Below, one piece after another: positions 12,838 through 22,266 of a stretch of DNA of 64,000 bases (positions within the stretch are counted from its first letter, which is position 1; each line of letters begins with the position of its first letter). The stretch comes from Kiritimatiellia bacterium. Its GTDB lineage: Bacteria > Verrucomicrobiota > Kiritimatiellia > UBA8416 > JABMPJ01. The notes below the pieces were generated by a model. That model had not been told where the DNA came from. It saw nothing but the letters and a program-made list of their open reading frames with translations, and made no database searches. The position numbers and the translations under genes are program-made. The stretch spans positions 6,515 through 70,514 of the forward strand of contig JASLOA010000041.1 in NCBI GenBank assembly GCA_030745755.1, in the 5' to 3' direction.

Positions 12838-13806
12838 TTAGCCGTCACCCTCAAGACTATGCTGCCCCAGCACAAGGATGGCGCGCAGCAGGTCAATCAG
12901 CAGGTGGTAGAACGCAAACAGGATGTAGCTGAAGAACGGCAGCAGCACACAGGCCGTGATGAGCCGCAGGGCTGAGATCGCCGCCGTGGGGTCGCCGCTG
13001 CGCATCATGGTGAGCGTGGCCGCGATCAGGGCGATGGAGCCCAGGATGGCGCCTATACCGAACGCCATGGGCACCAATCGCACGATGGTCTTGATCGCGA
13101 GGGACATGATGCCAATCGCTTCTTCACCGGCCCCCACTTCGCCGCCGACATCGATGTTGACCATGGAGGGATGCAGCGCGATATAGGCCACCGCATCGCA
13201 CAGAGCCCATAGCGCCAGGCCCACAAAGAAATAGCCCCAGCCCCCCACGAACCAGTACGTGAAGAACAGGGAGATACCGAGCACCTCGACCAGTAGGGCC
13301 AGGCAGTCCATAAAGGCATCTGAACCAAGTCGGCTGGGAGAGTTGGATAGGAGCCGGTCGCCCGCATCCATAAAGCGACTCGCTGTATACTGGAGAATCA
13401 CGAGCAGCAGGGCCACGCCGATCCCGGCAGGGAACAGGCGCCAGTTGTTCATCTTGAACGCAGCGGTCAATCCCAGGATAACACAGGCCGCCTCTGCCAC
13501 GATGAGGCCCAGGTGCCCGTATTTCACAAGCGAGGTGGCAATGGTGTCGAACATCTCGACCGGGAACACGCGACGCGCCCAGGCAATGACGTCGTCGAGC
13601 ATGTCGACTGCCGCCAGCGGATTGCAGCGATCAGACGCAAAAAACGCGCCCGCCCGGTTGCAGGCTCCGAGGGCCTTCTTCGCAGGGGACTCGCCCTGTT
13701 CGGCTTCAGACTCGGGCGCAGGCTCTTCAGCGGACGCGGCCTCCGGTTCCTGGACCACCGTCGCGTCTTCTTCTATAGGCTCAACAGGTTTGTTCTGCTC
13801 TTCCAT
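12838..13806 (-). CDS. Hypothetical integral membrane protein with acidic N-terminal tail
   Basis: 322-aa ORF, about 6 hydrophobic segments, AGGAGG RBS upstream. Confidence 0.75.
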   Translation of the reverse strand: MEEQNKPVEPIEEDATVVQEPEAASAEEPAPESEAEQGESPAKKALGACNRAGAFFASDRCNPLAAVDMLDDVIAWARRVFPVEMFDTIATSLVKYGHLGLIVAEAACVILGLTAAFKMNNWRLFPAGIGVALLLVILQYTASRFMDAGDRLLSNSPSRLGSDAFMDCLALLVEVLGISLFFTYWFVGGWGYFFVGLALWALCDAVAYIALHPSMVNIDVGGEVGAGEEAIGIMSLAIKTIVRLVPMAFGIGAILGSIALIAATLTMMRSGDPTAAISALRLITACVLLPFFSYILFAFYHLLIDLLRAILVLGQHSLEGDG

Positions 13807-13884
13807 GACGACCTCCTTCTTACATCACACGCCGGAAAGAGTATGCATCAGGGGCTCTGGATGCAAGATGAGAGTGGGGCCGCT

Positions 13885-14059
13885 CAGCAATTCTCATTTT
13901 GGAAGCATTCGTGCTTTGTCTGATCTGTCATTCCGAGCGAAGTCGAGAGCCTGTGCTGAGCTTGCCGAAGTAAATCTCCAGTGTTTTCGATGATCAGGAG
14001 ATCCCTCGGCAAGCTCGGGATGACAGAACGGCTTGAAGTAGTGCCATAATGAGAATCGC
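13885..14059. repeat. Composite palindrome: outer IR enclosing a GTC-tagged REP doublet
   Basis: Outer GCAATTCTCATTTTGG / CCATAATGAGAATCGC; inner doublet 13925-14026 with a nested partial repeat copy. Confidence 0.85.
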
Positions 14060-14084
14060 CTGGGGGCCTCTGCGATGTAAAGGG

Positions 14085-14111
14085 GGTAGGGCGAGCGTCC
14101 CCGCGAGCCGC
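14085..14111 (+). repeat. GTAG-family REP
   Basis: GGTAGGGCGAGCGTCCCCGCGAGCCGC. Confidence 0.75.
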
Positions 14112-14116
14112 AAACA

Positions 14117-14527
14117 CTACGGATCCACATTCTCAAGCGCGAGCGACGTGAAATCGATACGGCGATAGTAGCAGTTGCGGGGCTTGCCATTCTGGTTGCT
14201 CGTGTGACAGATCCCGCCCGCGCGGGGACGTACCGTATAGAGGAGTGAGTTCTGCTCACAGTTCACGAATGCCTCAACCAGGTCATAGGTCTGCCCCGAG
14301 GTCGCGCCTTTCTCCCATAACTCATTGCGTGACGTACTCCACAGAACCAGGCTGCGCTTGGTCATCGACTCCTTGAAAGCCAATTCATTGGTGTAGGCCA
14401 CCAGGATCAGCTCCTTCGTATCAGCATGCTGCACCGCAACAGGAATAACATCCGGGCAATTCCCCGCCACCTTCGCCAATTTCGCAAAATCCAGCGTCAA
14501 CGCTGTGCCTTCTTCAAGTTCTTTCAT
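14117..14527 (-). CDS. hisI: Phosphoribosyl-AMP cyclohydrolase (variant)
   Basis: IPVAVQH, WSTSRNELWEKGATSG and C..CHT..C motifs. Start at 14527 or 14539. Confidence 0.85.
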   Translation of the reverse strand: MKELEEGTALTLDFAKLAKVAGNCPDVIPVAVQHADTKELILVAYTNELAFKESMTKRSLVLWSTSRNELWEKGATSGQTYDLVEAFVNCEQNSLLYTVRPRAGGICHTSNQNGKPRNCYYRRIDFTSLALENVDP

Positions 14528-14706
14528 ATTCTTACACATCCTCTTCTTCGGTACGGCCCCCACCGGCTTGTCCGGTGGGTGAGCAAGACTATCCAGACAA
14601 GAAAGGGTTGTCAAAGCGACTTTGCGGCTGGTGAGTGCGAGGAGAGGACTTGCGGTCAAGACTCGCGCAAATCAGCCGCGTTCTAACCGCTACGATGCAG
14701 TCTTTC

Positions 14707-14808
14707 TTGACAGGATCAACAGGATTAACTGGATGGACAGCGGCCTGCGGCCGCCGGGGCCCTCCGCGCGAAGCGCGGTTATCCTGTTCATCCCGTTGAT
14801 CCTGTCAA
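14707..14808. repeat. Miniature inverted-repeat element with 9-nt periodic arms
   Basis: TTGACAGGATCAACAGGATTAACTGGAT ... ATCCTGTTCATCCCGTTGATCCTGTCAA. Confidence 0.75.
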
Positions 14809-14839
14809 AAAAGGGAGTCTTCCCTCTGTCCAAGCTGCC

Positions 14840-15421
14840 TCAATACTTCCTGATCACACTACGCACTACGCCCGCGATTTCGAGCGAATTCTGCGGACGG
14901 ATAGGCTCATACTTGCTGTTGGCCGGATCCAAGCGCACGCCCTGGCGGTCCTTGACGAAGTACTTGATCGTCCACTCGCCATCCACCTGTGCAATCACAA
15001 TGCTGTTCTTGCGCGGTGGAGCGTCCCGTTCAACCAGCACCATATCGCCCGGATGAATGCCAGCATCAATCATCGAATCACCCGTCACACGCAACATAAA
15101 GGTCGATTCCGGCTTCTCAATCAGAAACTCATCCAGTGTGATCGTGTCGAGCAGCTCCTCCTCCGCAGGGGAGGGGAAGCCGGCCTGGACCGTGCCGAGG
15201 AGGCGAATGTTCCCGATGAGCTTGTCCGTGAACGCAATCTTGCGGCCGGTCTTCGTGATATAGCCCAACTCGTCCAGCTTCAGCAGTAGGCTGTGCACGG
15301 CCTGCTTGGAGCGATATCCAAAGAGGGTAAGCATCTCGCTATAGCCCGGCATCCGCTTCTCGCGGAGCACGAACTCCCGTAGGCGACCGACCTTGGTGGC
15401 TATATCTGTCTTGCGTGGCAT
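14840..15421 (-). CDS. lexA: LexA-family repressor (HTH plus S24 peptidase, UmuD-like C-terminus)
   Basis: N-terminal wHTH, AGFPSPA cleavage site, GDSM catalytic Ser, TIK catalytic Lys. Confidence 0.8.
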   Translation of the reverse strand: MPRKTDIATKVGRLREFVLREKRMPGYSEMLTLFGYRSKQAVHSLLLKLDELGYITKTGRKIAFTDKLIGNIRLLGTVQAGFPSPAEEELLDTITLDEFLIEKPESTFMLRVTGDSMIDAGIHPGDMVLVERDAPPRKNSIVIAQVDGEWTIKYFVKDRQGVRLDPANSKYEPIRPQNSLEIAGVVRSVIRKY

Positions 15422-15430
15422 AACGAACGC

Positions 15431-15459
15431 ATGGTGACAGAACTATAGTTTTGTGGCAA
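15431..15459 (-). promoter_or_regulatory. lexA promoter with palindromic operator in the spacer
   Basis: Minus strand TTGCCA-N17-CACCAT; the spacer holds ACAAAAC-TATA-GTTCTGT (15437-15454). Confidence 0.55.
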
Positions 15460-15529
15460 GGCAGAAGTCCCCTGCTGGTTTCCTGTGCCCAACGCGGCTC
15501 AGGCGCCCGCTCTCCCGCTGAGGCCTTCG

Positions 15530-15913
15530 TCACACGCAGGGGATCTGGGGTAGGTGCTTGAAGTGGTCGTCGCGCGTAAAGAGCATAAGACGGTGTTGGA
15601 TTACGAGGGCCGCGATCCATAGATCGTTCGCGGGAACGGGGGTGCCTTGGCCCCTGAGCTGCGCATAGAGGCGACCATAGTGGAAGGTCGTTTGCTCGTC
15701 GGGCATAAGCATCACGACGCGTGGTCGATCAAGGAAGATACTCAGCACGCGCTCGTTTTGGCTGGCCAGTGTTCCACAGGCAAAGCCCGCCCGCAGTTCA
15801 GCCAAAACCGGCAGAGGCATGAATATCCGGTCGGCGCTCTGAAGGACTTCTCGTGCCTTCGCATCGTCCTCGCAAAAGTCCCTGTAACGGTTTGTGTCAA
15901 TCGCGATCCTCAT
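15530..15913 (-). CDS. vapC: VapC PIN-domain toxin
   Basis: IAIDTN, VLAEL..G, P.NDLWIAA and TRDDHF motifs. Confidence 0.9.
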   Translation of the reverse strand: MRIAIDTNRYRDFCEDDAKAREVLQSADRIFMPLPVLAELRAGFACGTLASQNERVLSIFLDRPRVVMLMPDEQTTFHYGRLYAQLRGQGTPVPANDLWIAALVIQHRLMLFTRDDHFKHLPQIPCV

Positions 15914-16167
15914 CGCCACATACTCTCGTCGACTTGACGCATCTCATCAAGGGCTTGTTCGGTCGCCTCATCGCGCACCCACGTGCCTGCCAAATCGTCC
16001 AGATCGTGGTGCAGGGCGGGAAGATCTCCAACGCCGACGCCCTTCTTCAGGGCTTCCAGGGATGCTTCGTTCAGGGTTTGCCCGTACTCGGTCGCCGTTT
16101 CACGCAACTTTGCGTTCAGGCGGTCTGGTACGTTCCTGATGGTATACTGAATCTTCGGCTTCTTCAT
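15910..16167 (-). CDS. Ribbon-helix-helix antitoxin (FitA/VapB-like)
   Basis: QYTIRNVP..L...LR..A...GQTLN; overlaps the toxin start. Confidence 0.8.
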   Translation of the reverse strand: MKKPKIQYTIRNVPDRLNAKLRETATEYGQTLNEASLEALKKGVGVGDLPALHHDLDDLAGTWVRDEATEQALDEMRQVDESMWR

Positions 16168-16266
16168 GCCTGCACAATATCAAGGCGCTGCCTGCACGTC
16201 AAGCAGGTTTTTGGCCGAGCGATGTGTGTAGTCTGGCGTTGCGGATCTCATTGTCGGCGGCGTCGC

Positions 16267-16446
16267 TCATGCCTTAACTCCAAACTCATCGAGCGCTTCA
16301 AACATCGCCATGATATTGGCGGGGGGAACTTCTGGCAGGATGTTGTGTACTGTGTTGAACACGAAGCCGCCACCGGGAGCGAGGATCTCAAGGCGATCAC
16401 GCACGTGAGCCTTTACCTCTGCCGTAGTGGCGCGGTTCAAGACTGA
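16267..16446 (-). pseudogene. C-terminal fragment of a uroporphyrinogen decarboxylase/MtaA-family protein
   Basis: EVKAHVRDRLEILAPGGGFVFNTVHNILPEVPPANIMAMFEA is the typical URO-D C-terminus; only about 60 codons remain, cut off at a repeat element. Confidence 0.75.
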
Positions 16447-16451
16447 GCGCA

Positions 16452-16570
16452 AGTGTTATGCCTCACGTAGAGAGGCATATGAATACACTGTCCTGTCATC
16501 CCGAGCTTGTCGAGGGATCTCCAGCGGCTTGCAAGGGTCTGAGATTCCTCGACTTCTCTCGGAATGACAG
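16452..16570. repeat. AGTGT/ACACT-bounded hairpin plus GTC-tagged REP doublet
   Basis: Hairpin 16452-16489; doublet 16493-16570 with 19-nt spacer. Confidence 0.85.
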
Positions 16571-16601
16571 AGCTCATATCGGTTGACCTGCCGCGCAGGC
16601 C

Positions 16602-19600
16602 TTACATCTCGAAGATGGATTCGATGTCTTCCCAGGACATACTCTTCATGGCCTGTTCGTCGGATTCGACGGTGGCGTCGATGATGGCGCGCTTCTTCTT
16701 CTGGAGGGCCAGCACCTTCTCTTCGACAGTGTCCTCCGTGATGAGCTTGACGCTGTAGACGGTACGCTTCTGTCCGATGCGGTGGGCGCGGTCGGTGGCC
16801 TGGTTCTCGACGGCGGGATTCCACCACGGATCGAAGTGGATCACCATGTCGGCACCGGTCAGGTTGAGGCCGGTGCCGCCGGCTTTGAGGCTGATCAGGA
16901 AGATCGGGATGGCGCGGTTGGTGTTGAACTTCTGTACTTCCTGCATGCGCTCCTTGGTGGAGCCATCAAGGTAGCAGTGTTCGATACCGCGCTCTTTGAG
17001 TTCATCCTGAATGATGTGCAGCATAGAGACAAACTGGCTGAAGATGAGGACACGGTGACCGCCGTCAAGCGCTTCGTCGAGCAACTCGAAACATTGATCG
17101 AGCTTGGCCGAGGGCTGCGCCGGCTTGACCCCGTCGAGCTTGAGCAGGTCGAGATGGCAGCAGGTCTGGCGCAGACGCATGAGCAGCGTCAGAATCTCCA
17201 TGCGGCTCTGGTTGAAGCCCTTCTTCTTGACCATGGACGCGATCTTGCGGCGCGACGATTCGAGTAGCTCTTTGTAGACGGCGGACTGGTCCGGCGAAAG
17301 CTGACAGGTCGAGACGCGCTCGATCTTGGGCGGCAGATCCTTGGCCACGTCGGTCTTGAGCCGGCGCATCAGGAAGGGCTGAAGCTTGCGGCGTAACCGC
17401 TTCTGCGCCGCTTCGGCCTCAAGACCGCCTCGTGCGATGGGCTGCTCATAGAGATGCTTGAAGACGTCATGGGCGCCGAGGTAGCCGGGGATCAGGAAGT
17501 CCATGATCGACCAGAGATCGGATACACTGTTCTCCATGGGCGTACCGGTCAGGACAATACGCTGCCGCGCGCGCAGTCGCTTGGCGGCGATAGCGTTCTG
17601 CGTGGCGCGGTTTTTGATGTGTTGCGCCTCATCGAGGATCAGCGCGGCGAACTCGTGATCGCCATAGTATTCCAGGTCGCGCCGTAGGAGTGCGTAGGAG
17701 GTGATCGCCAGGTCGGCATCTCCCAGTTCGTCCCACAGGTCATGCCGGTCTTTTCCGCTGATCTCCAAAACGGTGAGGTGCGGCGTGAACTTGCGCGCCT
17801 CGGCGGCCCAGTTGCCGACCAGGCTGGTGGGGCATACCACGAGGGCGGGCCTGCCGTCAGACGTCGGGTCAGTGCGGTTGAGCTGTAGCCATGTCAATGC
17901 CTGAAGCGTCTTGCCAAGTCCCATCTCGTCGGCCAGCAGGGCGCCGAACCCATTCTCCTCCATGAAGCGCATCCAGCTCACGCCGGTCTTCTGGTAGGGA
18001 CGCAGGATGCCGTCCAGCGGCGGCTCCAGCGGTACGGGCTCCATCTTGGAGTTGCGGTTGGCTTTGGCGGCCTGCTTGCGCCATTCAGGCTCCGACTCCA
18101 CATCAATCCCGTCGAGCGCATCGAGAGATGACTGAACAAAGGGGGCATAGACGTCACTGACGCGGAAGCAGCCGGGGCGGTCGGTGCCCATACCGCCACA
18201 GTCTTCGAAGACACCGGTCATGGAGTCGACCGCATCGCCGTCGATCAGGAGGTAGCGTCCGTTCTGCTCCACAAAGGACTCGCCCTTGCGCAGGGCACGT
18301 TGGATGTCCAGGGCGGAGATGCTGGCGCCCTGCATATCCTCAAAATCAAAGCTGACATCGAACCAGCCCGCATCGTCGTTGGGCTGAATGTGGGCCACGG
18401 GCGCAATGAAGTCCATGTCATCGAGGAACGACGAGACGCGACCCTCAATATCAATCTTCCATCCGAGCCGACGCAAGGCCGGCATGTGCCCGCCCAGGAA
18501 GTTCATGACCTCGCGCTTGCTCACGATGTGTGTGAGATCATCGCCGACCATCCCCGCAAACCCGGTCGGTCGAAGCTGCTGCAGTGCCATCTGTTCGCGA
18601 GGCCGGTTGCGCACCTCGTAGCGCATCAGGTCGTCGGGGTCGGGCAAGGCGAACCCCGTGCGGGCATCGGGCCTGTCGGCTATGAATTCAAGGCCGTCGT
18701 AGACGGCATACAGCACGGCGGACAGTGATGCGGGTGATCCACTGACCTGCAGGCGGAACGACGGCGTGCCGGGATCCGCGGTGAAGAGGTCCAGCGAGAG
18801 GTCGGACTCCACGACCGTGTGCTCCTGGATCGAAGGAAGCTCGGCCCGGAGAAAGCGCATGACATCCGAACGCGGTACAATGATCGGCTCGAGGTAGATG
18901 GCGTGGTAGGGGCCGGGCAGCACGGAGTCAAGCGGCCAGAAATGACCGCCGCCATGTACCCACCCCTCGCGGCCGTGAACGGCATAGACCGGGAACTCGC
19001 CGGGCTTCAGAAAGGGCAGTTCGGTGTGCGCCAACAGAATCAGCTCGCCGTTCTCGCGGTCGAGATCCATGCGCAGGTGCATGGTCATGGGCGTCTCACC
19101 CACCTGGATGCCCGTGCCGTCGGCGCAATGGATCGGGCGGCCGGCATGCAGGCGGATCACGTTCACGAAATCGGCCAGCTTGAGCTCCATCTCGTGACGG
19201 ACCGGTCCCTCTGCAATGTCCTCCATGACAAAGAGCAGGTTCTCGTCGCGTTTGCTGAAGGTGAAAGGCGTCTCCGTGTTGACCTGGTCGACCGGCACAA
19301 CCTTGCGCCGGATGACCAGGTCGCAGGTGACAGCAACGGAGCCACGCGGAAGGGTCCTGGCCCAGTCGGAGGCAAGCGTGACACGGAAGCCGGCGGGGCT
19401 GGCCCCGGGTGTGTCCGGGCTCACACGCTGGATATAGTCGCCTTCATCGATACTGGCGAGTCGCTCGGCCTGGCGCATCTCAGCCAGGTACTTCGCCTCA
19501 CGGAGCGGGTCGGTGGCGCGCTTGATCAGCATCAGCGCCACGGCAATGACATGCGTACAGATCAGTCCGCGTTCCTTGTTGGTGTAGCAGGGGCACTCGT

Positions 19601-19796
19601 TCTGGACCAGTCCGCCCTTGAGAATCTTGAGAGCCGTTACCAGTTCGCGATTACTGGCAAGGACGCTGCCCCGGATAGTGGGCGCATCAAACTCGGCCTT
19701 GAGCACATTGCCGCTTTCGAGACTGCGTTCGGCATCGCGCACCACGTCTGCACCGGCCCAATCAATGAGCATCTTGCGTGTGAAAGGCAATTTCAT
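16602..19796 (-). CDS. SWIM zinc finger / SNF2-family helicase
   Basis: CPC...CTH SWIM motif, LADEMGLGKT, ILDEAQHIKN, LTGTPMEN, SLKAGGTGLNLTGAD and QATDRAHRIGQ motifs. Confidence 0.95.
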   Translation of the reverse strand: MKLPFTRKMLIDWAGADVVRDAERSLESGNVLKAEFDAPTIRGSVLASNRELVTALKILKGGLVQNECPCYTNKERGLICTHVIAVALMLIKRATDPLREAKYLAEMRQAERLASIDEGDYIQRVSPDTPGASPAGFRVTLASDWARTLPRGSVAVTCDLVIRRKVVPVDQVNTETPFTFSKRDENLLFVMEDIAEGPVRHEMELKLADFVNVIRLHAGRPIHCADGTGIQVGETPMTMHLRMDLDRENGELILLAHTELPFLKPGEFPVYAVHGREGWVHGGGHFWPLDSVLPGPYHAIYLEPIIVPRSDVMRFLRAELPSIQEHTVVESDLSLDLFTADPGTPSFRLQVSGSPASLSAVLYAVYDGLEFIADRPDARTGFALPDPDDLMRYEVRNRPREQMALQQLRPTGFAGMVGDDLTHIVSKREVMNFLGGHMPALRRLGWKIDIEGRVSSFLDDMDFIAPVAHIQPNDDAGWFDVSFDFEDMQGASISALDIQRALRKGESFVEQNGRYLLIDGDAVDSMTGVFEDCGGMGTDRPGCFRVSDVYAPFVQSSLDALDGIDVESEPEWRKQAAKANRNSKMEPVPLEPPLDGILRPYQKTGVSWMRFMEENGFGALLADEMGLGKTLQALTWLQLNRTDPTSDGRPALVVCPTSLVGNWAAEARKFTPHLTVLEISGKDRHDLWDELGDADLAITSYALLRRDLEYYGDHEFAALILDEAQHIKNRATQNAIAAKRLRARQRIVLTGTPMENSVSDLWSIMDFLIPGYLGAHDVFKHLYEQPIARGGLEAEAAQKRLRRKLQPFLMRRLKTDVAKDLPPKIERVSTCQLSPDQSAVYKELLESSRRKIASMVKKKGFNQSRMEILTLLMRLRQTCCHLDLLKLDGVKPAQPSAKLDQCFELLDEALDGGHRVLIFSQFVSMLHIIQDELKERGIEHCYLDGSTKERMQEVQKFNTNRAIPIFLISLKAGGTGLNLTGADMVIHFDPWWNPAVENQATDRAHRIGQKRTVYSVKLITEDTVEEKVLALQKKKRAIIDATVESDEQAMKSMSWEDIESIFEM

Positions 19797-19914
19797 CTAT
19801 CCGGCGTTTATAGCACAGAGATCCAACGAAAGAAAAGCCCAGAGCGGGGAGGGGAGAAGATTAACCGCGAAAGAGCGCAAGGAACGCAAAGGAAGCATGT
19901 GCGTATGTTGCAGG

Positions 19915-19990
19915 GGAGATGCCTCGACTTCGCTCGGCATGACACGGAACGCTAAGGAATTGTCATCCCGAGCGAAGCCGAGGGATCTCC
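19915..19990. repeat. GTC-tagged REP doublet (tail-to-tail)
   Basis: GGAGATGCCTCGACTTCGCTCGGCATGACA ... TGTCATCCCGAGCGAAGCCGAGGGATCTCC. Confidence 0.9.
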
Positions 19991-20088
19991 TATGCGACCC
20001 AGGGCTAGAAATTGGGGTACAATTTCCTAATGTGGGTTGAATCAGGGCAGGGGGTGGGGTAGCCTGTTGGAAAGGGAAGGGAACGGCG

Positions 20089-20631
20089 GTGGAGTACGAA
20101 GTTCTTACTTATGGCAATAAGTTGCTGCGACGCAAGGCATCTCCGGTTGAGGAGGTCACGGACGATATCCGTGCGCTGGTGCAGGATATGCTGAAGACGA
20201 TGTACGACTCGGATGGGCTGGGGCTTGCGGCGGCGCAGGTCGGTCGGCCCGAGGCGATCTGTGTGATTGATATTCCTCCCATGCGCGACGAGGAGACCGG
20301 AGCGCCGAAACGCGAGAACCCCGATGTGCGCATGCCGCTGGTCCTGGTGAACCCCCGCATCATCGAGCGTGATGGCGAGCAGGTGGGGTCAGAGGGCTGC
20401 CTCAGTTTTCCCGGTATCTTTGTCAGCGTGAAACGTGCAGAGACAGTGACCGTGTCGTTTCTGGACATGGAGAACGAGTCGCGCACGGTGCGGGCCCGCG
20501 GCCTGCTGGCGCGTGCGATACTGCATGAACTGGACCACCTGCACGGCGTATTGCTGGTCGACCGCATGTCGCCGGTCCAGAAGGTTGCGGTGGCAGGCAA
20601 GCTGAAGCGGCTGCGGAAACAACGGAAGTAG
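20089..20631 (+). CDS. def: Peptide deformylase
   Basis: GLGLAAAQVG, EGCLSFP and HELDHLHG motifs. Confidence 0.95.
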   Translation: MEYEVLTYGNKLLRRKASPVEEVTDDIRALVQDMLKTMYDSDGLGLAAAQVGRPEAICVIDIPPMRDEETGAPKRENPDVRMPLVLVNPRIIERDGEQVGSEGCLSFPGIFVSVKRAETVTVSFLDMENESRTVRARGLLARAILHELDHLHGVLLVDRMSPVQKVAVAGKLKRLRKQRK

Positions 20632-20643
20632 GGGGGGCGGCCA

Positions 20644-20777
20644 GGTAGGGCGTGGCGTCCCGCCGCGCCGTGATCAAGAGATGTGCATGGTTGAGTAAGG
20701 AACGCGCTTAGCTCTGGTCTCTCTCTACCCATGCTCTGCGCCTTGCGCTCGGCGCGGCGAGGACGCCACGCCCTACC
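20644..20777. repeat. GTAG-family REP doublet between convergent def and parA
   Basis: GGTAGGGCGTGGCGTCCCGCCGCGCCG ... CGGCGCGGCGAGGACGCCACGCCCTACC. Confidence 0.85.
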
Positions 20778-21654
20778 TGACTGGGTTGCGCCCGGTGGGG
20801 GCGTTGTCCTCCTCGGGTTGAGGTGCACCAGTGGAGGTCCCGGCGGGGCCGTCCGAACGCGCAACGAATTCATCCGCGAAGGCCTGGTAGGCCTTGGCGC
20901 CACGCGAGTGCTTGTCGTACTCGATGATGGACTGACCGTAGCTGGGTGCTTCGCTGAGGCGGACGTTGCGCGGAATAGTGGTCTCATAGACCGCATCTCC
21001 GAAGTGCTTGCGTACTTCTTCGACGACCTCGCCGGAGAGCCGGGTGCGGCCGTCGAACATGGTCATGAGGATGCCTTCGATCCCGAGCCGGGGATTGGCG
21101 CCGCTGTCGCGTAGCTGGCCGACGATACGCGTCATCACGCTGAGACCTTCCAGCGCGTAGTACTCACACTGCATGGGAATCAGGATTCCGTGGGACGCCG
21201 TCAGCGCGTTCATGGTGAGGATGCCCAGTGCGGGGGGGCAATCCAGCAGCACGAGATGGTAACGCCCTGCCTGGATCAAGGGCTCAAGGGCGCGGTTGAG
21301 GCAATGGAGGTAGTTGCTCTGTCGTGCGACATCCACTTCCGATCCAGCCAGATCCAGCTCGGATGGAATGATGTCCAGGCCCGGCACCATGGTGGGCTGC
21401 AACAGGTCAATCGCGCTGCCATGCCCCAGGAGAGCCCGGTACAGGCTGGCGCCTTCCTGCAGTGGAAGTCCAAGTCCGCTCGTGGCGTTGGCCTGGGGAT
21501 CGAGATCGATCAGCAACACCTGCCAGCCTCGCTGCGCCAGGCAGGCCGCCAGGTTTACCGTGGTGGTGGTCTTGCCGACACCGCCCTTCTGATTGGCGAC
21601 GGCGACGACGCGCGTTGTGATCAAGCTGTTGTCTTGCAATGGTGCTTCACTCAC
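20773..21654 (-). CDS. parA: ParA/Soj chromosome partitioning ATPase
   Basis: [39 protein letters not shown] and [12 protein letters not shown] motifs; no adjacent parB. Confidence 0.9.
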   Translation of the reverse strand: MSEAPLQDNSLITTRVVAVANQKGGVGKTTTTVNLAACLAQRGWQVLLIDLDPQANATSGLGLPLQEGASLYRALLGHGSAIDLLQPTMVPGLDIIPSELDLAGSEVDVARQSNYLHCLNRALEPLIQAGRYHLVLLDCPPALGILTMNALTASHGILIPMQCEYYALEGLSVMTRIVGQLRDSGANPRLGIEGILMTMFDGRTRLSGEVVEEVRKHFGDAVYETTIPRNVRLSEAPSYGQSIIEYDKHSRGAKAYQAFADEFVARSDGPAGTSTGAPQPEEDNAPTGRNPVR

Positions 21655-21674
21655 GATCGCTCGGACCTCTCGTT

Positions 21675-21706
21675 CCTATAGTCTACAGCCTATAGCCTAC
21701 TGGCTA
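21675..21706. repeat. Heptamer tandem repeats at the leuD stop
   Basis: cctatag-tctacag-cctatag-cctactg. Confidence 0.6.
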
Positions 21707-22254
21707 TCTGTCCCTATCATACCGGTCTCCCGGGCGTAGGCAAAGATGCCGCCGGCACTTACCACGGGGGCTACGTCGCCGATGGGTTTCGTGCTATACA
21801 CCGTGCCGTCACCTGCAGTGAGCGTCCCCGCGCCGATGTCGAGCGTGGCCGCATCACCGGTTTGGAACACGTCGGCCAGTCGGATCTCCGATTCCATGGG
21901 ATAGAGCTCGCCCGTTGCCACGGCGTTGCGGAAGAAGATGCGCGCGTAGGACTCCGCCACGACCGCTTTCACGCCTGCAGCGCCGAGCGCGATGGGGGCG
22001 TGCTCGCGCGAGGAGCCACAGCCGAAGTTGCGCCCCGCGATCACGATCGGGAAAGCGGACTCCATCTGGCCCTCCTCGACGAAGGGCGGACAGGCCTCGG
22101 GCAGACCGATCAGGGCATAGGATCCGAGCTTCTTGTACTCCTCGGGAATCGTCGGCACCAGGTTGAGATACTGCGCCGGGATGATCTGGTCGGTGTCGAT
22201 ATTGTCGCCCACCACGTAAACGGTGCCGGTAATGACTGGGGGTGTGTCGCTCAT
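21697..22254 (-). CDS. leuD: 3-isopropylmalate dehydratase small subunit (LeuD/DmdB type)
   Basis: DNIDTDQIIPA, NFGCGSSREHA and SYARIFFRN motifs. Confidence 0.9.
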   Translation of the reverse strand: MSDTPPVITGTVYVVGDNIDTDQIIPAQYLNLVPTIPEEYKKLGSYALIGLPEACPPFVEEGQMESAFPIVIAGRNFGCGSSREHAPIALGAAGVKAVVAESYARIFFRNAVATGELYPMESEIRLADVFQTGDAATLDIGAGTLTAGDGTVYSTKPIGDVAPVVSAGGIFAYARETGMIGTDSQ

Positions 22255-22266
22255 AGCGTCTGCTCC

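Noticed and set aside
16602-19796. SNF2 helicase as an anti-phage system
   Set aside because: Stand-alone SWIM-SNF2 housekeeping architecture; no nuclease or methylase partners.
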